From Eledone cirrhosa (Eukaryota), in the NCBI GenBank assembly GCA_964016885.1, contig OZ024749.1, forward strand, positions 31,496,001-31,560,000: DNA of 64,000 nucleotides, given 5' to 3'. Positions 1 through 15,190 of the stretch are shown here, piece by piece (position 1 is the first letter of the stretch; each line of letters opens with the position of its first letter). The notes below the pieces were generated by a model. That model was given only the letters and a program-made list of their open reading frames with translations, was not told the DNA's origin and searched no databases. Both the position numbers and the translations under genes were made by a program.

Positions 1-3000
1 GTGTGAGTGTATAGATTGTTGTGTGTGTATGTTGTAGGAAAGAATGAGATGAGAGTGTGTGAGTGTATAGATTGTTGTGTGTGTATGTTGTAGGAAAGAA
101 TGAGATGGGAGTGTGTGAGTGTATAGATTGTTGTGTGTGTGTGTTGTAGGAAAGAATGAGATGAGAGTGTGTGAGTGTATAGATTGTTGTGTGTGTATGT
201 TGTAGGAAAGAATGAGATGAGAGTGTGTGAGTGTATAGATTGTTGTGTGTGTTTGTTATGGGAAAGAATGAGATGAGAGTGTGTGAGTGTATAGATTGTT
301 GTGTGTGTATGTTGTAGGAAAGAATGAGATCAGAGTGTGTGAGTATATAGATTGTTGTGTGTGTATGTTGTAGGATAGAATGAGATGAGAGTGTGTGAGT
401 GTATAGATTGTTGTGTGTGTATGTTGTAGGAAAGAATGAGATGAGAGTGTGTGAGTGTATGGATTGTTGTGTGTGTATGTTATAGGAAAGAATGAGATGA
501 GAGCGTGTGAGTGTATAGATTGTTGTGTGTGTCTGTTGTAGGAAAGAATGAGATGAGAGTGTGTGAGTGTATAGATTGTTGTGTGTGTCTGTTGTAGGAA
601 AGAATGAGATGAGAGTGTGTGAGTGTATAGATTGTTGTGTGTGTATGTTGTAGGAAAGAATGAGATGAGAGTGTGTGAGTGTATAGATTGTTGTGTGTGT
701 ATGTTGTAGAAAAGAATGAGATGAGAGTGTGTGAGTGTATAGATTGTTGTGTGTGTATGTTGTAGGAAAGAATGAGATGAGAGTGTGTGAGTGTATAGAT
801 TGTTGTGTGTGTATGTTGTAGGAAAGAATGAGATGAGAGTGTGTGAGTGTATAGATTGTTGTGTGTGTATGTTGTAGAAAAGAATGAGATGAGAGTGTGT
901 GAGTGTATAGATTGTTGTGTGTGTTTGTTGTAGAAAAGAATGAGATGAGAGTGTGTGAGTGTATAGATTGTTGTGTGTGTTTGTTATGGGAAAGAATGAG
1001 ATGAGAGTGTGTGAGTGTATAGATTGTTGTGTGTGTATGTTGTAGAAAAGAATGAGATGAGAGAGTGTGAGTGTATAGATTGTTGTGTGTGTTTGTTGTA
1101 GGAAAAAATGAGATGAGAGTGTGTGAGTGTATAGATTGTTGTGTGTGTTTGTTGTAGGAAAGAATGAGAGTGTGTGAGTGTATAGATTGTTGTGTGTGTA
1201 TGTTGTAGGAAAGAATGAGATGAGAGTGTGTGAGTGTATAGATTGTTGTGTGTGTATGTTGTAGAAAAGAATGGGATGAGAGTGTGTGAGTGTATAGATT
1301 GTTGTGTGTGTTTGTTGTAGGAAAGAATGAGATGAGAGTGTGTGAGTGTATAGATTGTTGTGTGTGTATGTTGTAGGAAAGAATGAGATGAGAGTGTGTG
1401 AGTGTATAGATTGTTGTGTGTGTTTGTTGTAGGAAAGAATGAGATGAGAGTGTGTGAGTGTATAGATTGTTGTGTGTGTATGTTGTAGGAAAGAATGAGA
1501 TGAGAGTGTGTGAGTGTATAGATTATTGTATGTGTATGTTGTAGGAAAGAATGAGATGAGAGTGTGTGAGTGTATAGATTGTTGTGTGTGTTTGTTGTAG
1601 GAAAGAATGAGATGAGAGTGTGTGAGCGTATAGATTGTTGTGTGTGTGTATGTTGTAGGAAAGAATGAGATGAGAGTGTGTGAGTGTATAGAATGTTGTG
1701 TGTGTGTATGTTGTAGGAAAGAATGAGATGAGAGTGTGTGAGTGTATAGATTGTTGTGTGTGTATGTTGTAGGAAAGAATGTGATGAGAGTGTGTGAGTG
1801 TATAGATTGTTGTGTGTGTTTGTTGTAGGAAAGAATGAGATGAGAGTGTGTGAGTGTATAGATTGTTGTGTGTGTTTGTTGTAGGAAAGAATGAGATGGG
1901 AGTGTGTGAGTGTATAGATTGTTGTGTGTGTTTGTTGTAGGAAAGAATGAGATGAGAGTGTGTGAGTGTATAGATTGTTGTGTGTGTTTGTTGTAGGAAA
2001 GAATGAGATGGGAGTGTGTGAGTGTATAGATTGTTGTGTGTGTTTGTTGTAGCAAAGAATGAGATGAGAGTGTGTGAGTGTATAGATTTTTGTGTGTGTT
2101 TGTTGTAGGAAAGAATGAGATGAGAGTGTGTGAGTGTATAGATTGTTGTGTGTGTATGTTGTAGGAAAGAATGAGATGGGAGTGTGTGAGTGTATAGATT
2201 GCTGTGTGTGTTTGTTGTAGGAAAGAATGAGATGAGAGTGTGTGAGTGTATAGATTGTTGTGTGTGTATGTTGTAGGAAAGAATGAGATGAGAGTGTGTG
2301 AGTGTATAGATTGTTGTGTGTGTTTCTTGTAGGAAAGAATGAGATGAGAGTGTGTGAGTGTATAGATTGTTGTGTGTGTTTGTTGTAGGAAAGAATGAGA
2401 TGAGAGTGTGTGAGTGTATAGATTGTTGTGTGTGTATGTTGTAGGAAAGAATGAGATGGGAGTGTGTGAGTGTATAGATTGCTGTGTGTGTATGTTGTAG
2501 GAAAGAATGAGATGAGAGTGTGTGAGTGTATAGATTGTTGTGTGTGTTTGTTGTAGGAAAGAATGAGATGAGAGTGTGTGAGTGTATAGATTGTTGTGTG
2601 TGTATGTTGTAGGAAAGAATGAGATGAGAGTGTGTGAGTGTATAGATTGTTGTGTGTGTATGTTGTAGGAAAGAATGAGGTGCGAGTGTGTGAGTGTATA
2701 GATTGTTGTGTGTGTATGTTGTAGGAAAGAATGAGATGAGAGTGTGTGAGTGTATAGATTCTTGTGTGTGTATGTTGTAGGAAAGAATGAGATGCGAGTG
2801 TGTGAGTGTATAGATTGTTGTGTGTGTATGTTGTAGGAAAGAATGAGATGAGAGTGTGTGAGTGTATAGATTGTTGTGTGTGTATGTTGTAGGAAAGAAT
2901 GAGATGAGAGTGTGTGAGTGTATAGATTGTTGTGTGTGTAAGTTGTAGGAAAGAATGAGATGAGAGTGTGTGAGTGTATAGATTGTTGTGTGTGTATGTT

Positions 3001-6000
3001 GTAGGATAGAATGAGATGAGAGTGTGTCAGTGTATAGATTGTTGTGTGTGTTTGTTGTAGGGAAGAATGAGATGAGAGTGTGTGAGTGTATAGATTGCTG
3101 TGTGTGTTTGTTGTAGGGAAGAATGAGATGAGAGTGTGTGAGTGTATATATTGTTGTGTGTGTATGTTGTAGGAAAGAATGAAATGAGAGTGTGTGAGTG
3201 TATAGATTGTTGTGTGTGTATGTTGTAGGGTAGAATGAGATGAGAGTGTGTCAGTGTATAGATTGTTGTGTGTGTTTGTTATGGGAAGAATGAGATGAGA
3301 GTGTGTGAGTGTATAGATTGTTGTGTGTGTATGTTGTAGGAAAGAATGAGATGCGAGTGTGTGAGTGTATAGATTGTTGTGTGTGTATGTTGTAGGAAAG
3401 AATGAGATGCGAGTGTGTGAGTGTATAGATTGTTGTGTGTGTATGTTGTAGGAAAAAATGAGATGAGAGAGTGTGAGTGTATAGATTGTTGTGTGTGTAT
3501 GTTGTAGGAAAGAATGAGATGCGAGTGTGTGAGTGTATAGATTGTTGTGTGTGTATGTTGTAGGAAAGAATGAGATGAGAGTGTGTGAGTGTATAGATTG
3601 TTGTGTGTGTATGTTGTAGGAAAGAATGAGATGCGAGTGTGTGAGTGTATAGATTGTTGTGTGTGTATGTTGTAGGAAAGAATGAGATGCGAGTGTGTGA
3701 GTGTATAGATTGTTGTGTGTGTATGTTGTAGGAAAGAATGAGATGAGAGTGTGTGAGTGTATAGATTGTTGTGTGTGTATGTTGTAGGAAAGAATGAGAT
3801 GCGAGTGTGTGAGTGTATAGATTGTTGTGTGTGTATGTTGTACGAAAGAATGAGATGCGAGTGTGTGAGTGTATAGATTGTTGTGTGTGTATGTTGTAGG
3901 AAAGAATGAGATGAGAGAGTGTGAGTGTATAGATTGTTGTGTGTGTATGTTGTAGGAAAGAATGAGATGCGAGTGTGTGAGTGTATAGATTGTTGTGTGT
4001 GTATGTTGTAGGAAAGAATGAGATGAGAGTGTGTGAGTGTATAGATTGTTGTGTGTGTATGTTGTAGGAAAGAATGAGATGCGAGTGTGTGAGTGTATAG
4101 ATTGTTGTGTGTGTATGTTGTAGGAAAGAATGAGATGCGAGTGTGTGAGTGTATAGATTGTTGTGTGTGTATGTTGTAGGAAAAAATGAGATGAGAGAGT
4201 GTGAGTGTATAGATTGTTGTGTGTGTTTGTTGTAGGAAAGAATGAGAGTGTGTGAGTGTATAGATTGTTGTGTGTGTATGTTGTAGGAAAGAATGAGATG
4301 AGAGTGTGTGAGTGTATAGATTGTTGTGTGTGTATGTTGTAGAAAAGAATGAGATGAGAGTGTGTGAGTGTATAGATTGTTATGTGTGTTTGTTGTAGGA
4401 AAGAATGAGATGAGAGTGTGTGAGTGTATAGATTGTTGTGTGTGTTTGTTGTAGGAAAGAATGAGAGTGTGTGAGTGTATAGATTGTTGTGTGTGTATGT
4501 TGTAGGAAAGAATGAGATGAGAGTGTGTGAGTGTATAGATTGTTGTGTGTGTATGTTGTAGGAAAGAATGAGATGAGAGTGTGTGAGTGCATAGATTATT
4601 GTATGTGTATGTTGTAGAAAAGAATGTGATGAGAGTGTGTGAGTGTATAGATTGTTGTGTGTATTTGTTGTAGGAAAGAATGGGATGAGAGTGTGTGAGT
4701 GTATAGATTGTTGTGTGTGTTTGTTGTAGGAAAGAATGAGATGGGAGTGTGTGAGTGTATAGATTGTTGTGTGTGTATGTTGTAGGAAAGAATGAGATGA
4801 GAGTGTGTGAGTGTATAGATTGTTGTGTGTGTTTGTTGTAGGAAAGAATGAGATGAGAGTGTGTGAGTGTATAGATTGTTGTGTGTGTTTGTTGTAGGAA
4901 AGAATGAGATGAGAGTGTGTGAGTGTATAGATTGTTGTGTGTGTATGTTGTAGGAAAGAATGAGATGGGAGTGTGTGCGTGTATAGATTGCTGTGTGTGT
5001 TTGTTGTAGGAAAGAATAAGATGAGAGTGTGTGAGTGTATAGATTGTTGTGTGTGTATGTTGTAGGAAAGAATGAGATGAGAGTGTGTGAGTGTATAGAT
5101 TGTTGTGTGTGTTTGTTGTAGGAAAGAATGAGATGAGAGTGTGTGAGTGTATAGATTGTTGTGTGTGTTTGTTGTAGGAAAGAATGAGATGAGAGTGTGT
5201 GAGTGTATAGATTGTTGTGTGTGTATGTTGTAGGAAAGAATGAGATGGGAGTGTGTGAGTGTATAGATTGTTGTGTGTGTATGTTGTAGGACAGAATGAG
5301 ATGGGAGTGTGTGAGTGTATAGATTGTTGTGTGTGTATGTTGTAGGATAGAATGAGATGGGAGTGTGTGAGTGTATAGATTGTTGTGTGTCTATGTTGTA
5401 GGAAAGAATGAGATGGGAGTGTGTGAGTGTATAGATTGTTGTGTGTGTATGTTGTAGGATAGAATGAGATGGGAGTGTGTGAGTGTATAGATTGTTGTGT
5501 GTGTCTGTTGTAGGAAAGAATGAGATGAGAGTGTGTGAGTGGATAGATTGTTGTGTGTGTATGTTGTAGGAAAGAATGAGATGAGAGTGTGTGAGTGTAT
5601 AGATTGTTGTGTGTGTTTGTTGTAGGAAAGAATGAGATGAGAGTGTGTGAGTGTATAGATTGTTGTGTGTGTATGTTGTAGGATAGAATGAGATGAAAGT
5701 GTGTGAGTGTATAGATTGTTGTGTGTGTTTGTTGTAGGAAAGAATGAGATGAGAGTGTGTGAGTGTATAGATTGTTGTGTGTGTATGTTGTAGGAATGAA
5801 TGAGATGAGAGTGTGTGAGTGTATAGATTGTTGTGTGTGTATGTTGTAGGAAAGAATGAGATGAGAGTGTGTGAGTGTATAGATTGTTGTGTGTGTATGT
5901 TGTTGGAAAGAATGAGATGAGAGTGTGTGAGTGTATAGATTGTTGTGTGTGTTTGTTGTAGGATAGAATGAGATGAGAGTGTGTGAGTGTATAGATTGTT

Positions 6001-6030
6001 GTGTGTGTATGTTGTAGGAAAGAATGAGAT
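1..6030. repeat. Satellite array A, 56-bp monomer (GTGTGAGTGTATAGATTGTTGTGTGTGTATGTTGTAGGAAAGAATGAGATGAGAGT), about 107 copies, runs off window start
   Basis: Monomer restarts at 1, 57, 113; highly homogeneous, with point variants and occasional 5-bp-deleted units. Confidence 0.97.
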
Positions 6031-6096
6031 TAGAGAATGTTTATGTTGATGTTGGTGGGAGTGTTGTTTTTATTGTTGTTGATGTTGGTGGTAGTG

Positions 6097-6168
6097 GTCG
6101 ATAAAATAAAGTACCAGTAATGCACTGGGATAATTGCTGGCCTTGTGCTAAAAGTGGAAACAATAATT
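6097..6168 (+). mobile_element. 3' fragment of tRNA-derived SINE
   Basis: GGTCGATAAAATAAAGTACCAGTAATGCACTGGGATAATTGCTGGCCTTGTGC...GAAACAAT matches the 3' half of full copies such as 57318-57506. Confidence 0.85.
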
Positions 6169-6227
6169 TTATTGTGTGCTTGTTGTAGGGAAGAATGAGG
6201 ACAAGAAAGAGTATGGTGTATATATAG

Positions 6228-9200
6228 ATTTGTTTGTTGTAGGAAGGACAGAGAATGAGTATAATGTCTTGTGTGTTTGTTGTAGGAAGGACAGAGAATG
6301 AGTATAAAGTATTGTGTGTTTGTTGTAGGAAGGACAGAGAATGAGTATAAAGTATTGTGTGTTTGTTATAGGAAGGAATTAGAACGACAGAGAATCAGTA
6401 TAAAGTCTTGTGTGTTTGTTGTAGGAAGGACAGAGAATGAGTATAAAGTCTTGTGTGTTTGTTATAGGAAGGAATTAGAACGACAGAGAATGAGTATAAA
6501 GACTTGTGTGTTTGTTGTAGGAAGGAATTAGAACGACAGAGAATGAGTATAAAGTCTTGTGTGTTTGTTGTAGGAAGGAATTAGAACGACAGAGAATGAG
6601 TATAAAGTCTTGTGTGTTTGTTGTAGGAAGGAATTAGAACGAAAGAGAATGAGTATAAAGTCTTGTGTGTTTGTTGTAGGAAGGACAGAGAATGAGTATA
6701 AAGTATTGTGTGTTTGTTATAGGAAGGACAGAGAATGAGTATAAAGTATCGTGTGTTTGTTATAGGAAGGAATTAGAACGACAGAGAATGAGTATAAAGT
6801 CTTGTGTGTTTGTTATAGGAAGGAATTAGAACGACAGAGATTGAGTATAAAGTCTTGTGTGTTTGTTGTAGGAAGGAATTAGAACGACAGAGAATGAGTA
6901 TTAAGTCTTGTGTGTTTGTTGTAGGAAGGAAAGAGAATGAGTATAAAGTATTGTGTGTTTGTTGTAGGGAGTACAGAGAGTGAGTATAAAGTCTTGAGTG
7001 TTTGTTGTAGGAAGGAATTAGAACGACAGAGATTGAGTATAAAGTCTTGAGTGTTTGTTGTGGGAAGGAATTAGAACGACAGAGAATGAGTATAAAGTCT
7101 TGTGTGTTTGTTGTAGGAAGGAATTAAAACGACAGAGAGTGAGTATAAAGTCTTGTGTGTTTGTTGTAGGAAGGAATTAGAACGACAGAGAATGAGTATA
7201 AAGTCTTGTGTGTTTGTTGTAGGAAGGAATTAAAACGACAGAGAGTGAGTATAAAGTCTTGTGTGTTTATTGTAGGAAGGAATTAGAACGACAGAGATTG
7301 AGTATAAAGTCTTGCGTGTTTGTTGTAGGAAGGAATTAGAACGACAGAGAATGAGTATTAAGTCTTGTGTGTTTGTTGTAGGAAGGAAAGAGAATGAGTA
7401 TAAAGTATCGTGTGTTTGGTGTAGGAAGGACAGAGAGTGAGTATAAAGTCTTGAGTGTTTGTTGTAGGAAGGAATTAAACCGACAGAGATTGAGTATAAA
7501 GTCTTGAGTGTTTGTTGTGGGAAGGAATTAGAACGACAGAGAGTGAGTATAAAGTCTTGTGTGTTTGTTGTAGGAAGGACAGAGAATGAGTATAAAGTCT
7601 TGTGTATTTGTTATAGGAAGGAATTAGAACGACAGAGAATGAGTATAAAGTATTGTGTGTTTGTTGTAGGAAGGACAGAGAATGAGTATAAAGTATTGTG
7701 TGTTTGTTATAGGAAGGAATTAGAACGACAGAGAATGAGTATAAAGTCTTGTGTGTTTGTTGTAGGAAGGACAGAGAGTGAGTATAAAATCTTGTGTGTT
7801 TGTTATAGGAAGGAATTAGAACGACAGAGAATGAGTATAAAGTCTTGTGTGTTTGTTGTAGGAAGGAATTAGAACGACAGAGAATGAGTATAAAGTATTG
7901 TGTGTTTGTTATAGGAAGGAATTAGAACGACAGAGAATGAGTATAAAGTCTTGTGTGTTTGTTGTAGGAAGGACAGAGAGTGAGTATAAAATCTTGTGTG
8001 TTTGTTATAGGAAGGAATTAGAACGACAGAGAATGAGTATAAAGTCTTGTGTGTTTGTTGTAGGAAGGAATTAGAACGACAGAGAATGAGTATAAAGTCT
8101 TGTGTGTTTGTTGTAGGAAGGAATTAGAACGACAGAGAATGAGTATAAAGTCTTGTGTGTTTGTTATAGGAAGGAATTAGAACGACAGAGATTGAGTATA
8201 AAGTCTTGTGTGTTTGTTGTAGGAAGGAATTAGAACGACAGAGAGTGAGTATAAAGTCTTGTGTGTTTGTTGTAGGAAGGACAGAGAATGAGTATAAAGT
8301 CTTGTGTATTTGTTATAGGAAGGAATTAGAACGACAGAGAATGAGTATAAAGTCTTGTGTGTTTGTTGTAGGAAGGAATTAGAACGACAGAGAATGAGTA
8401 TAAAGTCTTGTGTGTTTGTTGTAGGAAGGAATTAGAACGACAGAGAATGAGTATTAAGTCTTGTGTGTTTGTTGTAGGAAGGAAAGAGAATGAGTATAAA
8501 GTATTGTGTGTTTGTTGTAGGAAGTACAGAGAGTGAGTATAAAGTCTTGAGTGTTTGTTGTAGGAAGGAATTAGAACGACAGAGATTGAGTATAAAGTCT
8601 TGAGTGTTTGTTGTGGGAAGGAATTAGAACGACAGAGAATGAGTATAAAGTCTTGTGTGTTTGTTGTAGGAAGGAATTAAAACGACAGAGAGTGAGTATA
8701 AAGTCTTGTGTGTTTGTTGTAGGAAGGAATTAGAACGACAGAGAATGAGTATAAAGTCTTGTGTGTTTGTTGTAGGAAGGAATTAAAACGACAGAGAGTG
8801 AGTATAAAGTCTTGTGTGTTTATTGTAGGAAGGAATTAGAACGACAGAGATTGAGTATAAAGTCTTGCGTGTTTGTTGTAGGAAGGAATTAGAACGACAG
8901 AGAATGAGTATTAAGTCTTGTGTGTTTGTTGTAGGAAGGAAAGAGAATGAGTATAAAGTATCGTGTGTTTGGTGTAGGAAGGACAGAGAGTGAGTATAAA
9001 GTCTTGAGTGTTTGTTGTAGGAAGGAATTAAACCGACAGAGATTGAGTATAAAGTCTTGAGTGTTTGTTGTGGGAAGGAATTAGAACGACAGAGAGTGAG
9101 TATAAAGTCTTGTGTGTTTGTTGTAGGAAGGACAGAGAATGAGTATAAAGTCTTGTGTATTTGTTATAGGAAGGAATTAGAACGACAGAGAATGAGTATA

Positions 9201-11150
9201 AAGTATTGTGTGTTTGTTGTAGGAAGGACAGAGAATGAGTATAAAGTATTGTGTGTTTGTTATAGGAAGGAATTAGAACGACAGAGAATGAGTATAAAGT
9301 CTTGTGTGTTTGTTGTAGGAAGGACAGAGAGTGAGTATAAAATCTTGTGTGTTTGTTATAGGAAGGAATTAGAACGACAGAGAATGAGTATAAAGTCTTG
9401 TGTGTTTGTTGTAGGAAGGAATTAGAACGACAGAGAATGAGTATAAAGTCTTGTGTGTTTGTTGTAGGAAGGAATTAGAACGACAGAGAATGAGTATTAA
9501 GTCTTGTGTGTTTGTTGTAGGAAGGAAAGAGAATGAGTATAAAGTATTGTGTGTTTGTTGTAGGAAGTACAGAGAGTGAGTATAAAGTCTTGAGTGTTTG
9601 TTGTAGGAAGGAATTAAACCGACAGAGAGTGAGTATAAAGTCTTGAGTGTTTGTTGTAGGAAGGAATTAGAACGACAGAGAGTGAGTATAAAGTCTTGTG
9701 TGTTTGTTGTAGGAAGGAATTAGAACGACAGAGATTCAGTATAAAGTCTTGAGTGTTTGTTGTGGGAAGGAATTAGAACGACAGAGAGTGAGTATAAAGT
9801 CTTGTGTGTTTGTTGTAGGAAGGAATTAGAACGACAGAGAATGAGTATAAAGTCTTGTGTGTTTGTTGTAGGAAGGAATTAAAACGACAGAGAGTGAGTA
9901 TAAAGTCTTGTGTGTTTATTGTAGGAAGGAATTAGAACGACAGAGATTGAGTATAAAGTCTTGTGTGTTTGTTGTAGGAAGGAATTAGAACGACAGAGAA
10001 TGAGTATTAAGTCTTGTGTGTTTGTTGTAGGAAGGAAAGTGAATGAGTATAAAGTATCGTGTGTTTGTTGTAGGAAGGACAGAGAGTGAGTATAAAGTCT
10101 TGAGTGTTTGTTGTAGGAAGGAATTAAACCGACAGAGAGTGAGTATAAAGTCTTGAGTGTTTGTTGTAGGAAGGAATTAGAACGACAGAGATTGAGTATA
10201 AAGTCTTGAGTGTTTGTTGTGGGAAGGAATTAGAACGACAGAGAGTGAGTATAAAGTCTTGTGTGTTTGTTGTAGGAAGGAATTAGAACGACAGAGAATG
10301 AGTATAAAGTCTTGTGTGTTTGTTGTAGGAAGGAATTAAAACGACAGAGACTGAGTATAAAGTCTTGTGTGTTTGTTGTAGGAAGGAATTAGAACGACAG
10401 AGAATGAGTATAAAGTCTTGTGTGTTTGTTGTAGGAAGGAATTAAAACGACAGAGAGTGAGTATAAAGTCTTGTGTGTTTATTGTAGGAAGGAATTAGAA
10501 CGACAGAGATTGAGTATAAAGTCTTGTGTGTTTGTTGTAGGAAGGAATTAGAACGACAGAGAATGAGTATTAAGTCTTGTGTGTTTGTTGTAGGAAGGAA
10601 AGTGAATGAGTATAAAGTATCGTGTGTTTGTTGTAGGAAGGACAGAGAGTGAGTATAAAGTCTTGAGTGTTTGTTGTAGGAAGGAATTAAACCGACAGAG
10701 AGTGAGTATAAAGTCTTGAGTGTTTGTTGTAGGAAGGAATTAGAACGACAGAGATTGAGTATAAAGTCTTGAGTGTTTGTTGTGGGAAGGAATTAGAACG
10801 ACAGAGAGTGAGTATAAAGTCTTGTGTGTTTGTTGTAGGAAGGAATTAGAACGACAGAGAATGAGTATAAAGTCTTGTGTGTTTGTTGTAGGAAGGAATT
10901 AAAACGACAGAGACTGAGTATAAAGTCTTGTGTGTTTGTTGTAGGAAGGAATTAGAACGACAGAGATTGAGTATAAATTCTTGAGTGTTTGTTGTGGGAA
11001 GGAATTAAAACGACAGAGAGTGAGTATAAAGTCTTGTGTGTTTGTTGTAGGAAGGAATTAGAACGACAGAGATTGAGTATAAAGTCTTGAGTGTTTGTTG
11101 TGGGAAGGACAGAGAATGAGTATAAAGTCTTGAGTGTTTGTTGTAGGAAA
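6228..11150. repeat. Satellite array B, 53-bp monomer with 43-bp deletion variant and higher-order structure
   Basis: GTATAAAGTCTTGTGTGTTTGTTGTAGGAAGGAATTAGAACGACAGAGAATGA; short unit lacks 10 bp. Identical blocks at 7504-7872 and 9057-9425; diagnostic GAAGGAAAGT at 10031 and 10594. Confidence 0.97.
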
Positions 11151-11365
11151 GAATTAGATGAAAATGAAAGAGAGAGAGAGAGAGAGGGGAGACTAAAAGA
11201 GAGTGGTGTGTAGTTTTATTATAGGGAGTTGATGAGGCTAAGTATTCGTCTTTCATATTTTATTGATGCCATTTATATATAATTAACTCGATTGGAAATT
11301 TCCGGGATCAAAGGATTAAATATTTATTCAATTCCAATAAAAAGGTATTCGTTCTGCTATTAATA

Positions 11366-12253
11366 TTGTTGTTGTTGTTGTTTGCGTTGTTGTTTCTGTT
11401 ATTGTTATTGTTGTTATTGAGGGTGGGTGTTGGTAGTGTTATTGTTATTGTTGTTGTTGTTGGTGGTGGTGATAGTGTTGTTTTTATTGTTGTTGATGTT
11501 GGTGGTGGTGTTGGTGGTGGTGTTGGTGGTGGTGATAGTGTTGTTGTTGTTGATGTTGGTGGTGGTGGTGTTGTTGGTGGTTGTGATAATGTTGCTGTTA
11601 TTGTTGTTGATGTTGGTGGTGGTAGTGTTGTTGGTGGTGAAAGTGTTGTTGATGTTGGTGGTGGTGGTGGTAGTGTTGTTTTTATTGTTGTTGATGTTGG
11701 TGGTGGTGATAGTGTTGTTTTTATTGTTGTTGATGTTGGTGGTGGTGTTGGTGGTGGTGTTGGTGGTGGTGATAGTGTTGTTGATGTTGGTGGTGGTGAT
11801 GGTGATAGTGTTGTTTTTATTGCTGTTGATGTTGGTGGTGGTGTTGTTGTTGTTGGTGGTGGTGGTAGTGTTATTTTTATTGTTGTTGATGTTGGTGGTG
11901 GTGGTGGTGATAGTGTTGTGTTTATAGTTGTTGATGTTGGTGGTGGTGTTGATGGTGGTGATAGTGTTGTTGTTGGTGGTGGTGGTGGTAGTGTTATTTT
12001 TATTGTTGTTGATGTTGGTGGTGGTGGTGGTGATAGTGTTGTTGATGTTGGTGGTGGTGGTGGTGGTGATAGTGTTTTTGTTGGTGGTGGTGGTGGTGAT
12101 AGTGTTGTTGTTATTGTTGTTGATGTTGGTAGTGGTGGTGGTGATAGTGTTGTTGATGTTGGTGGTGGTGGTGGTAGTGTTGTTTTTATTGTTGTTGATG
12201 CGTTGCGTTGTTGTTGCTGGTGGTGGTGGTAGTGTTGTTTTTATTGTTGTTGA

Positions 12254-12285
<32 letters not shown>

Positions 12286-12490
12286 GGGGTAGTTGTTATT
12301 GTTGTTGACGTTGTTGACGTTGTTGTTGTTGTTGTTGTTGGTCGTGGTGGTGGTGGTGGTGTAAGTGTTGTTTTTAGTGTTGTTGGTGTTGTTGATGTTC
12401 TTGTTGTTGGTGGTAGTTGTGTTGTAGTTCTTGATGGTGATAATAGTGTCGTTGAAGTTAGTATTGGTGGTTGTAGTCGCCGTCGTGGTT
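11366..12490. repeat. GGT/GTT low-complexity degenerate tandem repeat
   Basis: Recurrent AGTGTTGTTTTTATTGTTGTTGATGTTGGTGGTGGT unit. Confidence 0.9.
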
Positions 12491-12649
12491 GTGGCAGCGA
12501 AGGAGGGGGGGGGGAGTCATTGCTGTTCTCATTGTTATTGTTGTTGGTGTCGATTACAGGAAGACATTTGTTGGTAATTGTGCAATGTCTTCATAAAATT
12601 GAGTTGGTAAAATACGCCGCAGGGTGAAAAAGGTCATAATATATAATTT

Positions 12650-13860
<1,211 letters not shown>

Positions 13861-14040
13861 TGCTTAAAACCAGTATTCACTTATGTAGAGAATACTCAAA
13901 GCGTTGAATTTTAGACATGAATAGTTAAGTTGTTACAGCACAGTTCGGCTTCACACATACAAACACGCATATACACACACTTACATGCATACATACATAC
14001 ATACATACATACATACATACATACATACATACATACATAC

Positions 14041-15114
14041 AACATATGAGACCCGGATAGTAACACTGAAGCAACACCTTCAACAGAGGAAAAAGGTTGG
14101 CGACCATCTTGCTCAGGTTTATGAGCATGAAAAAAGAAATATCATTAGAATAGCGACTGATCTGGAGGAGAGATATGGAATAAAGCCTGATATAAATCTC
14201 TCACCCAGAGAAATCGGAAGATCCTATTCAATGTTCAAACAAGAAAAAAAAATTGACCAATTTACAGAGAAAGTTGTGCATGGATACTTGAGGCGTAAAA
14301 CACAGACCATAGAGGGGATAAACCACTCAAAAAGCCTGGCATGGAGTTCCGACAAGTTTATGACATCACACCTTGAGGGATATCTCTATGCAATACAGGA
14401 ACAAGAACTCCCTACCAAATATCTGCTGCACAAAAGAGGAGGGCCAGCAGCTGACAATAAATGTAGGCTATGTAAAACAAAGATCGAGGATGTAAGCCAC
14501 ATTGTTGCCAGCTGCGAAAGAATGTCATCTCGCTACTACCTCCCCATGAGACACGATGGGATAGCTAGAACTATCTGGAACGCACTTCGGAAAACAAAAT
14601 TAACAACAAACGAGGAAGAATATATTGAGACAGATGGCACTAAGGAATACTGGTGGAACCTGAAAATAAAAACTGCCACTAAATTAAAGCACAACCGGCC
14701 TGATATTGTAGTTTGGGACCACACATTGAAAACGTGTTCTGTTGTGGAGATCAGCTGCCCACTTGATGTAAACGTTGTCAGAAAAATACAGGAGAAGGAG
14801 GACATCTACGGACCATTGATGAGGAGCTTACAAATCCAGTATCCAAGATACACCTTTAGCTTCATACCCATCATTATTGGTGCTACGGGTTATATACCAA
14901 CCCGCTTGGACCAAAGTATGACCGAACTTGGATTTGCGGACAAAAAGCGCAGCTCCCTAATTCATAGTCTACAAATGGCTGCGATAGCTGGCACCTTCAA
15001 AATATGCAAAACATTCTTGCGATTCAAGGGATGACAATTTCTTTTCTTTTACAACCTTGCCACCAGGAAGGTGGCCGGTCAAAAAAATATACTCGAAATT
15101 AAGAGAAAGAGAAA
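14041..15114 (+). mobile_element. 5'-truncated R4/Dong-like RLE non-LTR retrotransposon (zinc knuckle, restriction-like endonuclease, 3' UTR) inside (CATA)n
   Basis: Open frame to stop at 15034: CRLCKTKIEDVSHIVASC (CCHC), RHD, HNRPDIVVWD...VEISCP...EKEDIY (PD-D/ExK type), PIIIGATG. (CATA)n on both sides. Confidence 0.9.
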
Positions 15115-15142
15115 ACATACATACATACATACATACATACAT

Positions 15143-15190
15143 GATGGCTGCCCCCTCGTTATCGAGTATGGCCATTGCACGAGGAGAAAA
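15143..15190 (-). mobile_element. Very short RTE-type 3' terminus with (ATGT)n tail
   Basis: ATGGCCATACTCGATAACGAGGGGGCAGCCATC with CTCG/CGAG hairpin; homologous to the 3' end at 15439-15472. Confidence 0.55.

Noticed and set aside
256-2055. 599-aa His/Thr-rich ORF and other satellite ORFs (6298, 7504, 9057)
   Set aside because: Translation of 56-bp and 53/43-bp monomers cycling through frames; no coding signal.
6228-11150. CRISPR-like regular array
   Set aside because: No unique spacers, no cas genes, eukaryotic context.
11366-12627. Gly/Val-rich secreted-looking ORFs
   Set aside because: Non-ATG starts, open in multiple frames, GGT/GTT low complexity.
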